Part shown: one piece after another, positions 46,385 to 63,464 of the stretch | Layout of the letters: each line of letters opens with the position of its first letter | How positions within the stretch are numbered: position 1 is the stretch's first letter | Origin: the human T2T-CHM13v2.0 reference genome, Homo sapiens | DNA length: 64,000 bases | Direction: 5' to 3' (one strand) | NCBI RefSeq assembly: GCF_009914755.1 | Contig: NC_060941.1 | Translations under genes and position numbers: made by a program | Notes under the pieces: model-generated | What the model saw: only the letters and a program-made list of their open reading frames with translations | What the model was told of the DNA's origin: nothing | The model's database searches: none

Positions 46385-46794
46385 GGTAATTGAATATGCC
46401 CCCCGAAGTTCATGTGTTGAAACATAATCCCCAAAGCAACAGTGTTTGGAGGTGAAGCCTAATGGGAGGTGCTTAGGTCATGAGGTCTCTGCCCTCATGA
46501 ATATGTCATTATTTTAAGAGTGGGTTTATTATAAAAGTGAGTTCGACTCTCTCTCTCTCTGACTCTCTCTAACTTTCTATCTCTCTCTCTCTCACTCTTT
46601 CTCTCTCTCTCGTGTGTGCTCCTGCCCTTCCACCTTCTGCCGTGGGATGACTCAGCAAGAAGGCCCTCACCAGATTCAGTGCCTTGATCTTGGACTTCTC
46701 AACCTCTAGAACCATGAGCCAAATCAATTTATTTTCATTATAAACTACTGAGTCTTTGGTATTCTGTTACAGCACCACAAAACAGATTAAGACA
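46385..46794 (+). mobile_element. MST-type MaLR LTR with internal (CT)n
   Basis: 'ttaggtcatgaggtctctgccctcatgaat...agcaagaaggccctcaccagat...aaacagattaagaca'. Confidence 0.88.
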
Positions 46795-47198
46795 TTGATG
46801 ATACTTAACGTCTTTCTTGTTTTGCAAGGGAAGACAGAATAAAGTTAATGCTCCACCTCATGCTGACTTTCAATAATTCTATATCCAACAGAACACTCTA
46901 TAGACTGCAGATGCAAGTGTGAAGGGAAATGAGATAAGGTAGTGAGCAGCATGAGGTAAAGGGCAGGTTGGTTTTGAGGCAGGCTTCCATTGGGCAGGAA
47001 GCTGGAAATGAGATGTAGGGTTTAGAACAGTAAAAAGAAGGGGAAAGAAAAGGGGAGGAAAAGACAAGGATTCAAAATTCACTTAAAATTAAGACTATAC
47101 ATTAGGTGTCATGGAGAGTTCAAAAACAATAAGACATGTCCCCTGACCTCAAGGAACTTAGAGAAGCATTTGCCCGAAGGCTCAGAATGCTCATAATA

Positions 47199-47508
47199 GG
47201 CTGGGTGCAGTGGTTCATGCCTGTAATCCCAGCACTTTGGGAGGCCAAGGAGGAGTCAGTCAGGCTGAGGTCAGGGGTTCAAGACTACCCTGGCCAACAT
47301 GACCAAACCCCATCTCTATTAAAAATACAAAAAAGTTAGCCAGGCATGGTGGCACATGCCTGTAGTCTCAGCTACTCAGGAGGCTGAGGCAGGGGGAATG
47401 CTTGAACTGAGAGGCAGAGGTTGCAGTGGGCCAAGATTGTGCCACTGCACTCCATCCTGGGTGACAGAGCAATACGGTCTTAAAAAAAAAAAAACCAAAA
47501 AAAAAAAA
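47199..47508 (+). mobile_element. Alu (old S/J)
   Basis: Diverged full dimer. Confidence 0.93.
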
Positions 47509-48049
47509 CTCACAATGGTACTCAGTGAGCCATGCGCTTTACAAGGATGCTCTTATTTAATTCACACACTAACCCGGTGAGGTCAGCTCTCCTAAGCCCA
47601 TGTTTCAGGGGAAGAAACTGAACACAGAGCAGTTCTGTAACTTGCTCCCCTGCAGCAAGGGGCAGAAGTAGCACCATTCTTAACTGTTGCCCTTGCCAGG
47701 CCTGAGAGATTTCAGTGGACAATGGAAGTGATGAAGTCTCCTGGAAATATTTGTCTCTAGAAAAGAGGCATAATTCATTCCTCAGCCCCCCTTCCCAGGT
47801 GCCACAGGTATATTTTTTGACTCTACTATTTTTTTAAACCACATTTCCTTCTTCTCCTGCCCTCCCTAATTCCTCTCTTCATGCCTGTCTTCTCTTTCTG
47901 TCCCAGTCTTTCCCAAAGCCTGCGATAACATATATTCAGATAGTAAGCTATGCTTTTAGTTTTCCAAATTGTCTTCTTTCTTTGCATCCATGTTTGGAGG
48001 AAACAGAATATGTAAACCCTTAAGACTCTTCTCAGACTATGATTTTGCC

Positions 48050-49420
48050 CTCAGTACTGTATCATTCCCATCAGCTTAAAAATATAGCTCAGTACTCTCA
48101 TCTTATAGAAAAAAGTAGCTATTTTTAAAAAAACCTGTCCTTGATCCCACATGTTCCTGCAACCCTATTTCTCTATTCTCCATTTATAGCAAGTCATCTT
48201 ATAAAAAGTCTGTAGCCACTGTCTTCATTTCTCACCTCTCATTCTCTCTTCTTCCCACTTCAACTGGCTCCTGTCCCACTCTATGCTGATATCTTCCAAA
48301 TTTATACTTCTAGTCCCAACCTTCCTTCTTAACCAGCTGCCTCCTTCACATCGAATTTGGACATTTAATATGCATTTCCAAGTGAACATGCCCCAAGGCA
48401 AATCTTTGCTTCCCCAGCCCAACCTACTACTCTCCAGATTCTCCTTATCTGGCAAGTAGCTCTGCGACGGGCCTAAGCTGGGAGTCTGCAGACCACCCAT
48501 TCCCTCAGCCCCCAACACTGAATCCACCAGGTGGGATCCACCCCACCTCCAGAATATCCCAAATCTGTCTGCTTCTCTCCATCTCTGTCTTCATCCAAGA
48601 TGCTATCACCTCTTACTGGAATTACAGTTATAGCCTCCTTATATAATCCATTCTCCACATGGTAGCCAGAGTAATATTTTAAAATGCAAATCAGATAATA
48701 TCACTCCTCTGCGTAAAATCCTTCCATATCTTTCCTTTGCGTTTAGCATAAAATCTGTCCTTCAGGGTTCTACATGATCAGGTTTCTGGTCCTCTCTCTG
48801 ACCGGATGACCCCTCCCCTGCTCACCAAGTCCCGGCCATACTTTCAATCAATCCTCCCACCTCAGCCTCCTCAGTAGCTGGGACCACAGGCGTATGCCAT
48901 TAAGCCCACCTAATTTTTGTATTTTTTGTAGAGATGGGGTTTCAGCATGTTGTTCAGGCTGATCTCAAACTCCTGGGCTCAAGTGATCCTCCCACCTTGG
49001 CCTCCCAAGGTGCTAGGATTACAGGCGTGAGCCACTGCACCCAGCCTTGAGATCCTTCTGTTCAATGAGCACGGCAAGCTTTGAAGCTGCTGTTCTAACT
49101 GTTCTCTCCCACTTCCTGGATTATGAATTCCTTGGATCTTCCACAGGTGGCTTCTTCCCAATATTTGGGCCTCAAATATCACCTTCTCAGCCTTCCCTCA
49201 CTAGCCAATTTAACTGAACTACTCTCGATTACCCTGTCCTCTTTTATTTTCCAATTAACACTTATTACTACCTGATGTGCCATTGTTTTGTGTGAGTGTG
49301 TTCATCATAGAATGTAAGCTCTGTGAGAACCAGAACCTCGTCTTTTTTGTTTTTTGCCACATGCCCTGTACCTAGCAGGGTGCCTAGTACACGGTAGGTA
49401 CTCAATAAACGTTTGTTTTA
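48050..49420 (+). mobile_element. L2 3' region containing a partial antisense AluJ (48843-49046)
   Basis: 'ttctccacatggtagccagagtaat...aaatcagataatatcactcctctg'; end 'tagaatgtaagctctgtgagaac...gtaggtactcaataaacgtttgtt'. Confidence 0.85.
49090..49242 (+). repeat. Copy 1 of a 153-bp dispersed direct duplication
   Basis: Ungapped match to 50238-50390 with about 22 mismatches (hand count). Confidence 0.92.
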
Positions 49421-49436
49421 AAAATTAATGAAATAT

Positions 49437-49780
<344 letters not shown>

Positions 49781-49914
49781 TTATGACTCATAAATTTCTG
49801 TATAACTTTTCCCAACTACCTCATCACATTGCCACATTATCTTATGAGTTCTCAAAATACGGTTCTTGATGATGAAGCCATAGACAACAAATTTACCTTA
49901 AAAATCTAGGAAGA

Positions 49915-50390
<476 letters not shown>

Positions 50391-52144
50391 GAGACAGGGT
50401 GTCCTGAGATGACCTTAATGTATGCTTTTATTTTAACGAAAGTTTCTGATGAAAAATTTGTTGTGATAAATCTAACAGTTACACCAACTCAATCCCCCAA
50501 ATCTTGGAATCTTTCCTGGGTCTGGGGTCCAAATCTTTGAACCAATAGTGGTTGACAAGACCCAAAGCCAAAGCATTTCCTCACCCCCTTAGTCAATCAC
50601 CCTGGTCTCCCTTTCCCCTTTTACCCTCTGAACTCTCGGGGCAATGAGTATTTAATGGTTTTGAAAATTCTTCCTTTCCATCAAGGAACAGTGTTAATAA
50701 TTCCATCCCCTGAAGAAATTTCCAGGGTTTTAGAGTCAATATGATAAAACGCCTTTTAAAAGTGGGCTATAGGTGCTTTTCTAACCACTCTGTGTAATTC
50801 TAATAGATTGCGTAATTCCTTACAAAGGTCCTGGATGCTCACCACCCACATCTCCAGCCTAAAACTAGGTTATGAGTAAAATGAAAACTGCAAAAAAAAA
50901 AAAAAAAAAAAAAAACTCTTCAATTTTCAACTTCCCATAAAGTCCTCAGCTCGTTGCATACCTCACAGGCATGGAAATCCAGATTGTGCAAAGAGGTCAA
51001 GAACCTGAATAATTATTCCACTCGTAACCAAACAGTAATAGACACTCCCTTTGAAATTGTGGAAATTCTCATTTCCACACTAAAGCCAAGGGAACACAGC
51101 CGGGATGTGATGTCAGCAGGCAAGAAGACTGAAAGTGGACTTTGATTAATTACCTGATTGGTTCCTGCCCCACTTAGACCTGAATGAAGCAAGTCTGCCA
51201 CATTGAAAGGTTTGGGGAATTTTAGGTGGAAGAGGGGTGGGATGGGACGGAGAGGCTTTATCTAGTCTGAACCATTCATAGTTTGGGAAAGTGCCCAAGT
51301 GAAAACAATTGAACACCAAATCATTTTCCCACGAGGCTGGCAGAGTTCTTCATAGACTATCAAGTTTCAACTGCTTTGTAAACTCTATGAAGACATCTTT
51401 AAGGCCCTACATTTTTCCCCCTGGAGAAATGTCTTCACTCCAAGAGGTTAGCCTAGGAAGATATCATTATCTTCAAGCCACAACAACCAATCCCCTAGGC
51501 CCCCCATCCTGAAATTCTTGAACCCTGTGCTCCACCCTAACTCAGCTCAGGAAACTGATAAGCAGCTGTAAAAATAGACGTAAAACATTCTCTCCCATTC
51601 AAATCAGCGGGCACAGTTTGCACTTTAAAAAAAATGGGGCCAGGAGGTTGTTCTTTTCCACTTTTAAAAAAGTTATGGACTAAAACACAACTAAGCAACC
51701 ACATATATTACAAAGTGAATTTGTCTCCTCATTAGCTCTTACGTAGCTTATATGTTTGTATGTATGTATTCATTTAAAACTCTGTTTTATCAACATTTTA
51801 AAACATCCACAAAGGTAGAGAGACTTGTACATTGAATATAATACAGACTCAACACCCAGCTTCAATGATTATCAATGTAAATTCATTCCATTTTAATGTT
51901 CTTCTGATTAAACACAAAATCTCAGAGCACATATTCAGGGCAACTTAAATCTATGCTCCTGGGTTTAAAAAAATATATATGCACACAAAAGCTTGCCATG
52001 AGAATGTATCCATGTACAACATTTAATTTTTTATAATACATATTAATTTCTGTGGAGTTTTTGGTCAAAAGAGTAAAACTTCACAAATTCTGACTAATTA
52101 GCTACAACCCTGTCCAAACTGTTGAAAAAGTTGCCTTATATGAC

Positions 52145-52465
<321 letters not shown>

Positions 52466-52618
52466 TAAAAGGCAATTTTATCACTTCCAAATGATAATAT
52501 CATAAAAGTATTGCCAAGGAGAGTTTCTGTCAGATTTGCCTTAATAAACACACAAATGGTAACTATAACATTATGAATTATCTTTGCATGCAAATAGGTG
52601 CTTCTAAATAATTAAAGA

Positions 52619-53296
<678 letters not shown>

Positions 53297-53887
53297 GCTT
53301 TAGACAAGTTCATCACAAACATCACAAATTCCATATTAGAGCTAGGGGGGATAGCTGCTTTCGCTACAAACAGTTTAGCTTGGAGTTTATAGTTAACTAT
53401 CAAAGCTTACCTAATAATGCTCAGCATAAATGCTAAGATCTTCTGAAAGTAGAACACAAACCTGGCTTGTGTTTTTTTAAAGATCAGTGAATTTTTTTAT
53501 TGACAGAAATTAGGATGCTTACCAAGAGACCTGGAAAAAATCCAGGCTTTCAAACTTCCCTTGGAATTTGCAAGTGGGTAATTCATTATTCTGCTCCTGT
53601 CCTGATAAGTCATGGTTTCTGTGGCTGCCCAGCTGTTGGTGGCTGAACTCTCCCACAAAGGTGACCCCACTGTAAAAGTGAAGTCATCGTGACTGAGCAT
53701 GGCTGAGAACTCCCCTTGGGAGGTGCAGGGGCATTGGTTCTTATTATAAGAACTCTCTGACTGGAGATGAAAGTGCTTTGGGAACATGGGGCCAAACCTT
53801 TTCAACTAAGAGCAGGAAGATGGTACTTCATGAAGGGTATTTGACTTGCCAACATCCTGAGATATAACTTAAGAATGATCTATAACT

Positions 53888-54194
<307 letters not shown>

Positions 54195-54209
54195 TCATCA
54201 TAGTGAAAT

Positions 54210-54633
54210 ATTTTTCTTCTTAAAATTTATTTTCCAGTTTTTATTTTAGAATCAAGGGGTACATGTGAAGGTTTGTTACAAAGGTATATTGCATGATGCT
54301 GAGGTTTAGAATAGAAATGAATCTGTCACCCACTGGGTAGTGAGCACAGTACCCAATAGCTAGCTTTTCAGCCCTTACCTACCTCCCTTGCTTCCCCCTC
54401 TAGTAGTCCCCAGTATCCATTGTTCCCATCTCTGTGTCCCCACATACCCAGTGTTTAGCTCCTACCTATAAGTGAGAACATGCAGTATTTGGCTTTCTGT
54501 TTCTGCATTAGTTTGCTTAGGATAATGGCCTTCAGATGCATCCATGTTGCTGCAAAAGACACGATTTTGTGCTTTTTAATGGCTGCATAGTATTCCATGG
54601 TGTATATGTAGCACATTTTCTTTATCCAGTCTA
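54210..54633 (-). mobile_element. 5'-truncated primate L1 (L1PA15/16-like) 3' end
   Basis: 'ggtatattgcatgatgctgaggttt...ataagtgagaacatgcagtatttgg'; TSD 'catagtgaaat'. Confidence 0.9.
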
Positions 54634-54779
54634 CATAGTGAAATCTTGTCTTGATATTCTCCTGGAAGCTGGAAGCAGATATTGAAAATGAGCATGCTTA
54701 GTTTGAGGAGTAGCAACAAATTAACTGGACTATAGCTCATTATACATATACTTATTATACCTTATTTATAGTATTACTG

Positions 54780-55035
54780 CTTGAGGGCTAAGATTATGGG
54801 CTTGGGAATTCAGGAAGTTCTGAATTCAAATCCTGACTCCAACATTAGTAGCTATGTGACCTTGGGCTAATTTCTAAATTTCCCCATTAAAAAAAAGAAA
54901 ATCTCTAAAATGAAGATAATACTACTACCTACCTTCTCTAAGTGGTTATAAGGAATAAATAAGATAATGTATATAAGTAGCTTGGCATAGCATCTGGTAT
55001 AGAGTAAGAGCCAAATAAATGGTGAGTACTATTAT
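54780..55035 (+). mobile_element. MIR, near full length
   Basis: 'ttcaaatcctgactcc...agctatgtgaccttgggc...tactacctacc...ataaatggtgagtactattatt'. Confidence 0.85.
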
Positions 55036-55559
55036 TTGCCCAGCATAATTGAACTTCAACCATTATAATTAACTACACTTGTGAAATCCGAGTGAAAGAT
55101 TGCTTTAGTTATCGCAACAACCTGAAACACCTTCTCCAAGGGAGGGAGGTGGTTTTTAGAACTTTTCTCAGTGTTAGTTTGCATATCTTTGGGGTATTTT
55201 AAAAGGTGCTAAACAGTATTTGTTAGCACTTTACAGTATCCTTCTGGTTCATAGGATTTTTGTAGCTTATTTGCCACTTACATAAGAAGCTGTGTCTTCT
55301 TTAAGTCCCATTTTGCAGGAAATAGTGGGGCTATTTACCACGTACTTTTCAGAAATAAGTTAAGCAGTAAGAAATTCAGGCAAGGTTCTGGGGATACATA
55401 TACAGCACAACAACATAAATAAGGGGTCTCCATGTAATATACAATACCACTAAAAATAATAGTTTACTTCCCCAGTGGCATAGAAGGTGCCTGAATGGGC
55501 TTCTCTGATTATTGCAATCATAGTGACAAGACCAGCTTGAGCTGTCAGGAGCCCTGGGG

Positions 55560-56200
55560 TGTACCCAGTGAGATGGCCCAGCCTAGATTGGCCTCTATTT
55601 CCCATTTATTGTGAGGAATGCAGCGTTTGCCTTGGTGAGTGTGAAATTCATCTGTCGATTTCGAGGGGAAAGCTGGAGGCCGAAGATTAAGTGAGAAGAC
55701 AAAAATCTTTCGGCAAAACATTGTGAAGTGGTAATACAGCAATAATGCTCTCGAGTCTCATTTCCCACCAGTGAGGTGCTTGAGAATAGTGGGTCTGATT
55801 AAGACAGAGAAAAAATGTGCCAGAAAATAAAAAGTGGAAATCTTGCTTTGTGGTCTCTTTGCTCGCTGCAAAAATTTTCTGAGTACTAAGAGCAACGAAG
55901 GGTTGGTGGAACATTCTGTATTTATGAATCGTGTAAATCAAATCTTATTAATTGAATTCTAAAACAACGGGGTGATTAGAAAATTATGGAGGAAAATGCT
56001 TCATCAGTGTGAAGCCTTGCCAGCTGCTGCATTGGTGTCGTAACACATGCCTTGGTAGAATTACGGCATTCTGGTGCCAGGAGTGTCCCAGTTAATCAGA
56101 TCTGTTAGGATATTGGACAACCGTGCAAGCTTGGTGGGCCTGTGACTATGTGTTCAGATTCCTTTGTCCTAATGGTTATCACACAGTATTTCTGTCTTTA
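55560..56200. promoter_or_regulatory. CpG-retaining unique segment with homeodomain, TEAD and SOX motifs; candidate developmental enhancer
   Basis: TGATTTAC (minus, 55933-55940), TTTATGA, GGAATG, CATTGTG, several TAAT cores, and about 14 CpGs. Confidence 0.4.
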
Positions 56201-56246
56201 ATACTATAACAACCCCTTCTAAAGGTGAATAAAAATTCTCTATTGA

Positions 56247-56646
<400 letters not shown>

Positions 56647-57018
56647 AAACCAGGTACAAAATCCTAGTATTTACAGTTCTTATCAACCAAAGGCTTTTTT
56701 GTTTCAGATTAAATTTAAACAGAATTATGGAGCCAGTGATATTTAAATTGACAATACTAATTTAAGGAGATGGATGATGTTATTTTGCTGAACTAAGTAA
56801 CTGATTACAACATAAACATGGTACTACTGATTGCCACAGGGCAAGTTCTTTTGATTTTGGTGCATTTATAAAACGACTTCTCTCAACTTTTTTTAATTTG
56901 AACTTTGAGATTACCTTAATTAATATGGTAGCAATGCATCATTCACATACGGTGGCCAACTCTGCTCTTTTCTCATTTGCCAGGGACAACTGGGGAATGC
57001 TATGCTATGCCAATTTGA

Positions 57019-57384
<366 letters not shown>

Positions 57385-57404
57385 TGTCATCTTGTTCTTA
57401 ATGA

Positions 57405-57542
57405 AATGTTCTATGGTAGCCCTTCACCGACATGGCTGTTGAGCACTTAAAGGGGACAACTGCAAACAGGAACAGAATTTTTAGTTAATTTCCATTTAAG
57501 TAGCCACTTTGTGACTAATGGCTACTGTGCTGGATAGTGCAG
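57405..57542 (-). mobile_element. MER3-like (hAT-Charlie)
   Basis: 'catggctgttgagcactt...agtagccac...aatggctactgtgctggatagtgcag'. Confidence 0.7.
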
Positions 57543-58418
57543 AATCCTAGTTCATACATTTATTATGTTTTTTTTTAGATGCTCGTTGAAATAAAATCAC
57601 CAGCTGTGTGAGTAGGGCAATGTATTTAACCTTTCTAACCCTCCGAGCTTTTATCTGTAAATTGGGGATGACGAGATATAACACATTTAATCACTTAGCA
57701 TAGTGCCTGGACAGGAACAGCACACAACCTCCAGTGTTGCAAATGGGTGATGGGCCTGGGGGAGGGTCTGTCCTCATCAAAGTTTCCATTACTGCTTCCT
57801 CAAGCCACTCCTGGGCATGCTTATTTTTTGAAATACATGATTGACGTTTTCTCCAGCTTATCTGAAGTGTTATTAAAGGCCTCTTTAGATAGTGTTGCAA
57901 TTTTGATTAATCTATAACAGGTAAACTAAATAAAAAGAGTGTGTTTACCATGCAAATGTAGTTTCCATTAGTCACTTGCCACGTAGCCTTCTGCCTTCCT
58001 ATTAGATTACCCCCTACCCACCACCTCCAGTGAGCTGCTTCTGATCTCAGATAACTGTCATAGATGCATTGAACAGCCAGGGCATTTAGGACCTCATCTT
58101 GATTTGTCTGGAAAGCAGGAAGCCTAAATCCCCTTCAGGCTGTGGGGGAACAGTATGAAACAGGCTGTTACACTGTCCCCTCTGCTTCTGCTCCTGTGGG
58201 GTTGCTCTTCCACTCCCCAGGCCCAATTTACAACCCCACTTTCTGACTGGCAAACACCCTGCATTATTTTTCAGAATCTGCTCAAGCTTCCCCTCATCTA
58301 CAGAATCTTTCCTGACCCTCCAAGATAAAATGGATCTCCTCTATGCTTGCCTTCACCCTGTATCTTACATAGGCTTCCATCACAGCTGCCGTAATTTTTC
58401 GTATTTATTCTTACCTTA

Positions 58419-58918
58419 TGTTATGGATAGCGTTGTGTCCCCCAGAAAGACATGCTGAAGTCTTAACTCCAAAAACCTCAGAATGGGACCTTATTTGGAA
58501 ATAGAGTCTTTGCAGATATAATTATGTAGTTAATGACACCAGTAATACTGCAGTAGGGTTAATGATACCTGTAATACTGGAGCAGGGTTGGCCCTTAATC
58601 CGATATGACTGGTGTCCTTATAAGAAGAGAAGAGTCACACACATGGATGCACAAGGGGAGAATGCCATGTGACAATGGAGGCAGAAATGGAAGAGCTGCA
58701 ACTGTAAGCTAGGGAATGCCAAGAATTGCAGAGAAAGCACCAGAAGCTAGGAAGATGCGAGAAAGGATTCTCACTTCCAGGTTTCAGAGGGAGCATGGCC
58801 CTGGGGACACCTTGATGTCAGAATTCTTGCCTCTAGAACCTTGAGACAATGAATTTCTGTTTTTTTAAGCCACCCAGTTTGTGGTACGTTGTTAAGGCAG
58901 TCCTAGGAAACCAATACA
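58419..58918 (+). mobile_element. MLT1C-type LTR inside an L2 (about 58260-59050)
   Basis: 'tgttatgg...gggaccttatttggaaatagagtctttgcagat...aggaaaccaataca'; flanks cctta/cctaa. Confidence 0.9.
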
Positions 58919-59113
58919 CCTAACTAGACCATAAGTTCCTTAGAAACAAAGACCTTGTTTGATTTATTTATGTGGTCTTGGCAGTTGTTGCAGTGTCTGA
59001 ACCAGTAAGAGGGATCGGCAAACCTGGCTGAATGGATAAATGAATGAACACGGAACCTGTTCTTTTGCCTTAACCTGGTCTTAAATTGGAACTGCCAAAA
59101 AATTACTTTAAAT

Positions 59114-59409
<296 letters not shown>

Positions 59410-59644
59410 TAAATCTATTCAGTGCTACTGCATATGGCCACACAGGCTAGGCACTGCATGATTCTAGAGTTGTGCAATGAGGTGACCTTCAATTATTTGT
59501 CACTGTATAACTTGATCTACATAAAGAAAATCAACAGTACAGTGAACCACCATGCCATCTGTTAGAAAAACCACTACCGTTGGGAGATTCAGCTCTTACT
59601 CACCCAGCCAAATAGCAGGAGCCATAAGTAGTTATCCTCTAGGG

Positions 59645-59875
59645 CAGGCTTTGGTAAACTACGGACCTCTGGCCAAGCCCAGCCTACAGCCTGTTTTTGT
59701 AAATAAAGTTTTACTAAAACACAACCATGCTCAGTAATTTACATACTGTCTATGGCTGCTTTAGTGCTGCAGTGAGAGAGCTGAATGGTTGTGATGAACA
59801 GTGGATGTGCTGGAGCCTATAAAGCCTAAACTATTTACCATCAAGCCCCTTACAGATAAAGTTTGCTGAGCCCTG
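59645..59875 (-). mobile_element. MER58A
   Basis: 'cctgtttttgtaaataaagttttact...aagcctaaactatttac...aagtttgctgagccctg', flanked by tctag-type target sites. Confidence 0.88.
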
Positions 59876-60569
59876 CTCTAGATGATTTAAATTAGTAGAT
59901 ATTGCCAGAATGTTTCACATTAAGTGATAAAGATCCCACTTTGAAACTGAAACCACCCATTTTATCACACATTAGAAGATTCTACACTACTAGCGTTAAT
60001 GTAGACGTGCCAAAAAGAAAATTATGTGTAGAAAATAATGTATTTCTTCCTCAGAATGGGAGGCAGGGGTTAGAAATAAAAGAGTGTGAGAGCTTATTTA
60101 TGTGTATATGTGAATAGGAAGGTGTAGGTGGAGTAAATTCCAAGCAAAAACATAACATATGCAACTTACACAATTAGGTGCTCTATATAGGAAATGTTTT
60201 GAACTGTGTCCAGTTACCCAAATTGGAAAGAAGCGAGAGCTGGAGAAATGGATAGAGACCTATTATGAAGTCCGGGAGGAGAAATGTTTATGAGAAAAGT
60301 GCTGCCTGCAGTTTTTTTCCTTCTGGAAGGTATTGTGGAAAGTCTTAGACCTTCCTGAGCAGTACCTTGCATCAGGTACATGCTGCCATGTGATCCCATC
60401 ACCCAGGCCTCAACTGATTGGGCCAAAGCTGGATGCTTGATCCAAAGGTCAAAGGCCTGTGGAAAACCTGGTACAAGGGCTCTGCCCAGTAGGAGTGGAT
60501 ACTGGCCACACCAACCACATGTTTTCTCCTGGGGAGTTTGAACTAGAAGCCTATGGAGACATCAGCAAA

Positions 60570-60675
60570 TCTATGTATATTATATTTCAAGAATGTTTCA
60601 CATTAAGTGATAATAATATATTGATATATAATATATATCAAGATTTGCAAATATTATATATCAAGATTAGCAAAA
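60570..60675. other. AT-rich patchwork insert: templated 24-mer, palindrome and direct repeat
   Basis: 60590-60613 is identical to 59907-59930; palindrome at 60621-60641; 'tatatatcaagatt' occurs twice. Confidence 0.8.
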
Positions 60676-60823
60676 GCAGAAACAGAGTAGTTGTCACTAC
60701 AATGACAGGGCAATTGTTACCTAAGAGGATAAGTAGAAAACCTGGTCATAAAAGTGACATTGTGTCCTGCATGATGCTGCCGTTTCCAGAGGTCTGACCT
60801 TGCCATGGGGGCTGTATCATTAA

Positions 60824-61129
<306 letters not shown>

Positions 61130-61502
61130 CTATTCTATTTTTGCTGCTGTTCAGGGATGGGTTTAGTTCATAGTCAGCTAAGTTTTCCTCTTTTATCACT
61201 TCAGCCATGCTCTTCCCATCCTCTGTTCCCGTAACTCTCTGTCTTTTATCTGCAGGTGCCTTACAAACTCTAACCTTCAACCAACCCCGCCATGTATTTC
61301 TCTTCTTCTACATGTGGGTGGTTTAGGGCTGCAGGAAAACATATTACCCACCCACTGTGTGGGTGGCATTGTGAGTGCATGGCTTCTAACCTCAGCGGGA
61401 CCTGCTTGTCTATTTGGAAGTTCCTTTATGTGTCTGTATTTGGCTCCCTCTACTATTCCTCACGGCTGGTATTGTAAAGTTTCAGCACTCTCCAGGCTTC
61501 CG

Positions 61503-61737
61503 TCTTGGCCCACTGCAACCTCCGCCTCCCAGGTTCAAGAGATTCTCGTGCCTCAGCCTCCTGAGTGACTGGGATTACAAGCATGCACCACCATGCCCAG
61601 TTAATTTGTTGTATTTTTAGTAGAGATGGTGTTTTGCTACGTTGGCCAGGTGGTCTTGAACTCCTGGCCTCAAGTGATCTGCCCGCCCCTGCCTCCCAAA
61701 GTGCTGGGATTACAGGTGTGAGCCATCAACCCTGACC
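61503..61737 (-). mobile_element. Alu lacking its 3' ~45 nt and poly(A)
   Basis: Ends at sense 'gcagtgggccaaga'; flanked by ccaggcttcc(g/a)t on both sides. Confidence 0.88.
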
Positions 61738-62149
61738 AGGCTTCCATTTTCATGGCTTACCTCGAATCCGATCTCAGAGAACTGAATCCTCAATTTCCGG
61801 ACTCCCTCCAGCAACTTATAGAAACCTGTACCCTTTCTTTCCTGCTTTCCTGTTTCTAAGGAAAAGGTACTGCTTCTTCTGTTCAAAGCTAATCCTTCCA
61901 GCTGCGCTCTAGATTCCAAGATCTATTCTTGATTCCAACCTTGTTCCCATGCAGTTATTCCCTCTCATTCTTACATCTGCCATTTCTTCCTGGTCCATGC
62001 TTTCTTTCCTTCAGATTATGTACAAGTTCATCCTCCTCTTTAAAATGCCCTTTTTTGACCCTTTATAACCTACTAGCTAGCATCTTACTGAACTCATTCA
62101 TTTTAAAGCTGCTCATCTTAAAAGGTATAGAAAATTCTGGAAATTTAAT

Positions 62150-63460
<1,311 letters not shown>

Positions 63461-63464
63461 AGGA

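Noticed and set aside
50892-50915. Orphan poly(A) tracts (also 5259-5279, and poly(T) at 40966-40995) as possible retrocopy tails
   Set aside because: No adjacent mRNA-like body or TSD found
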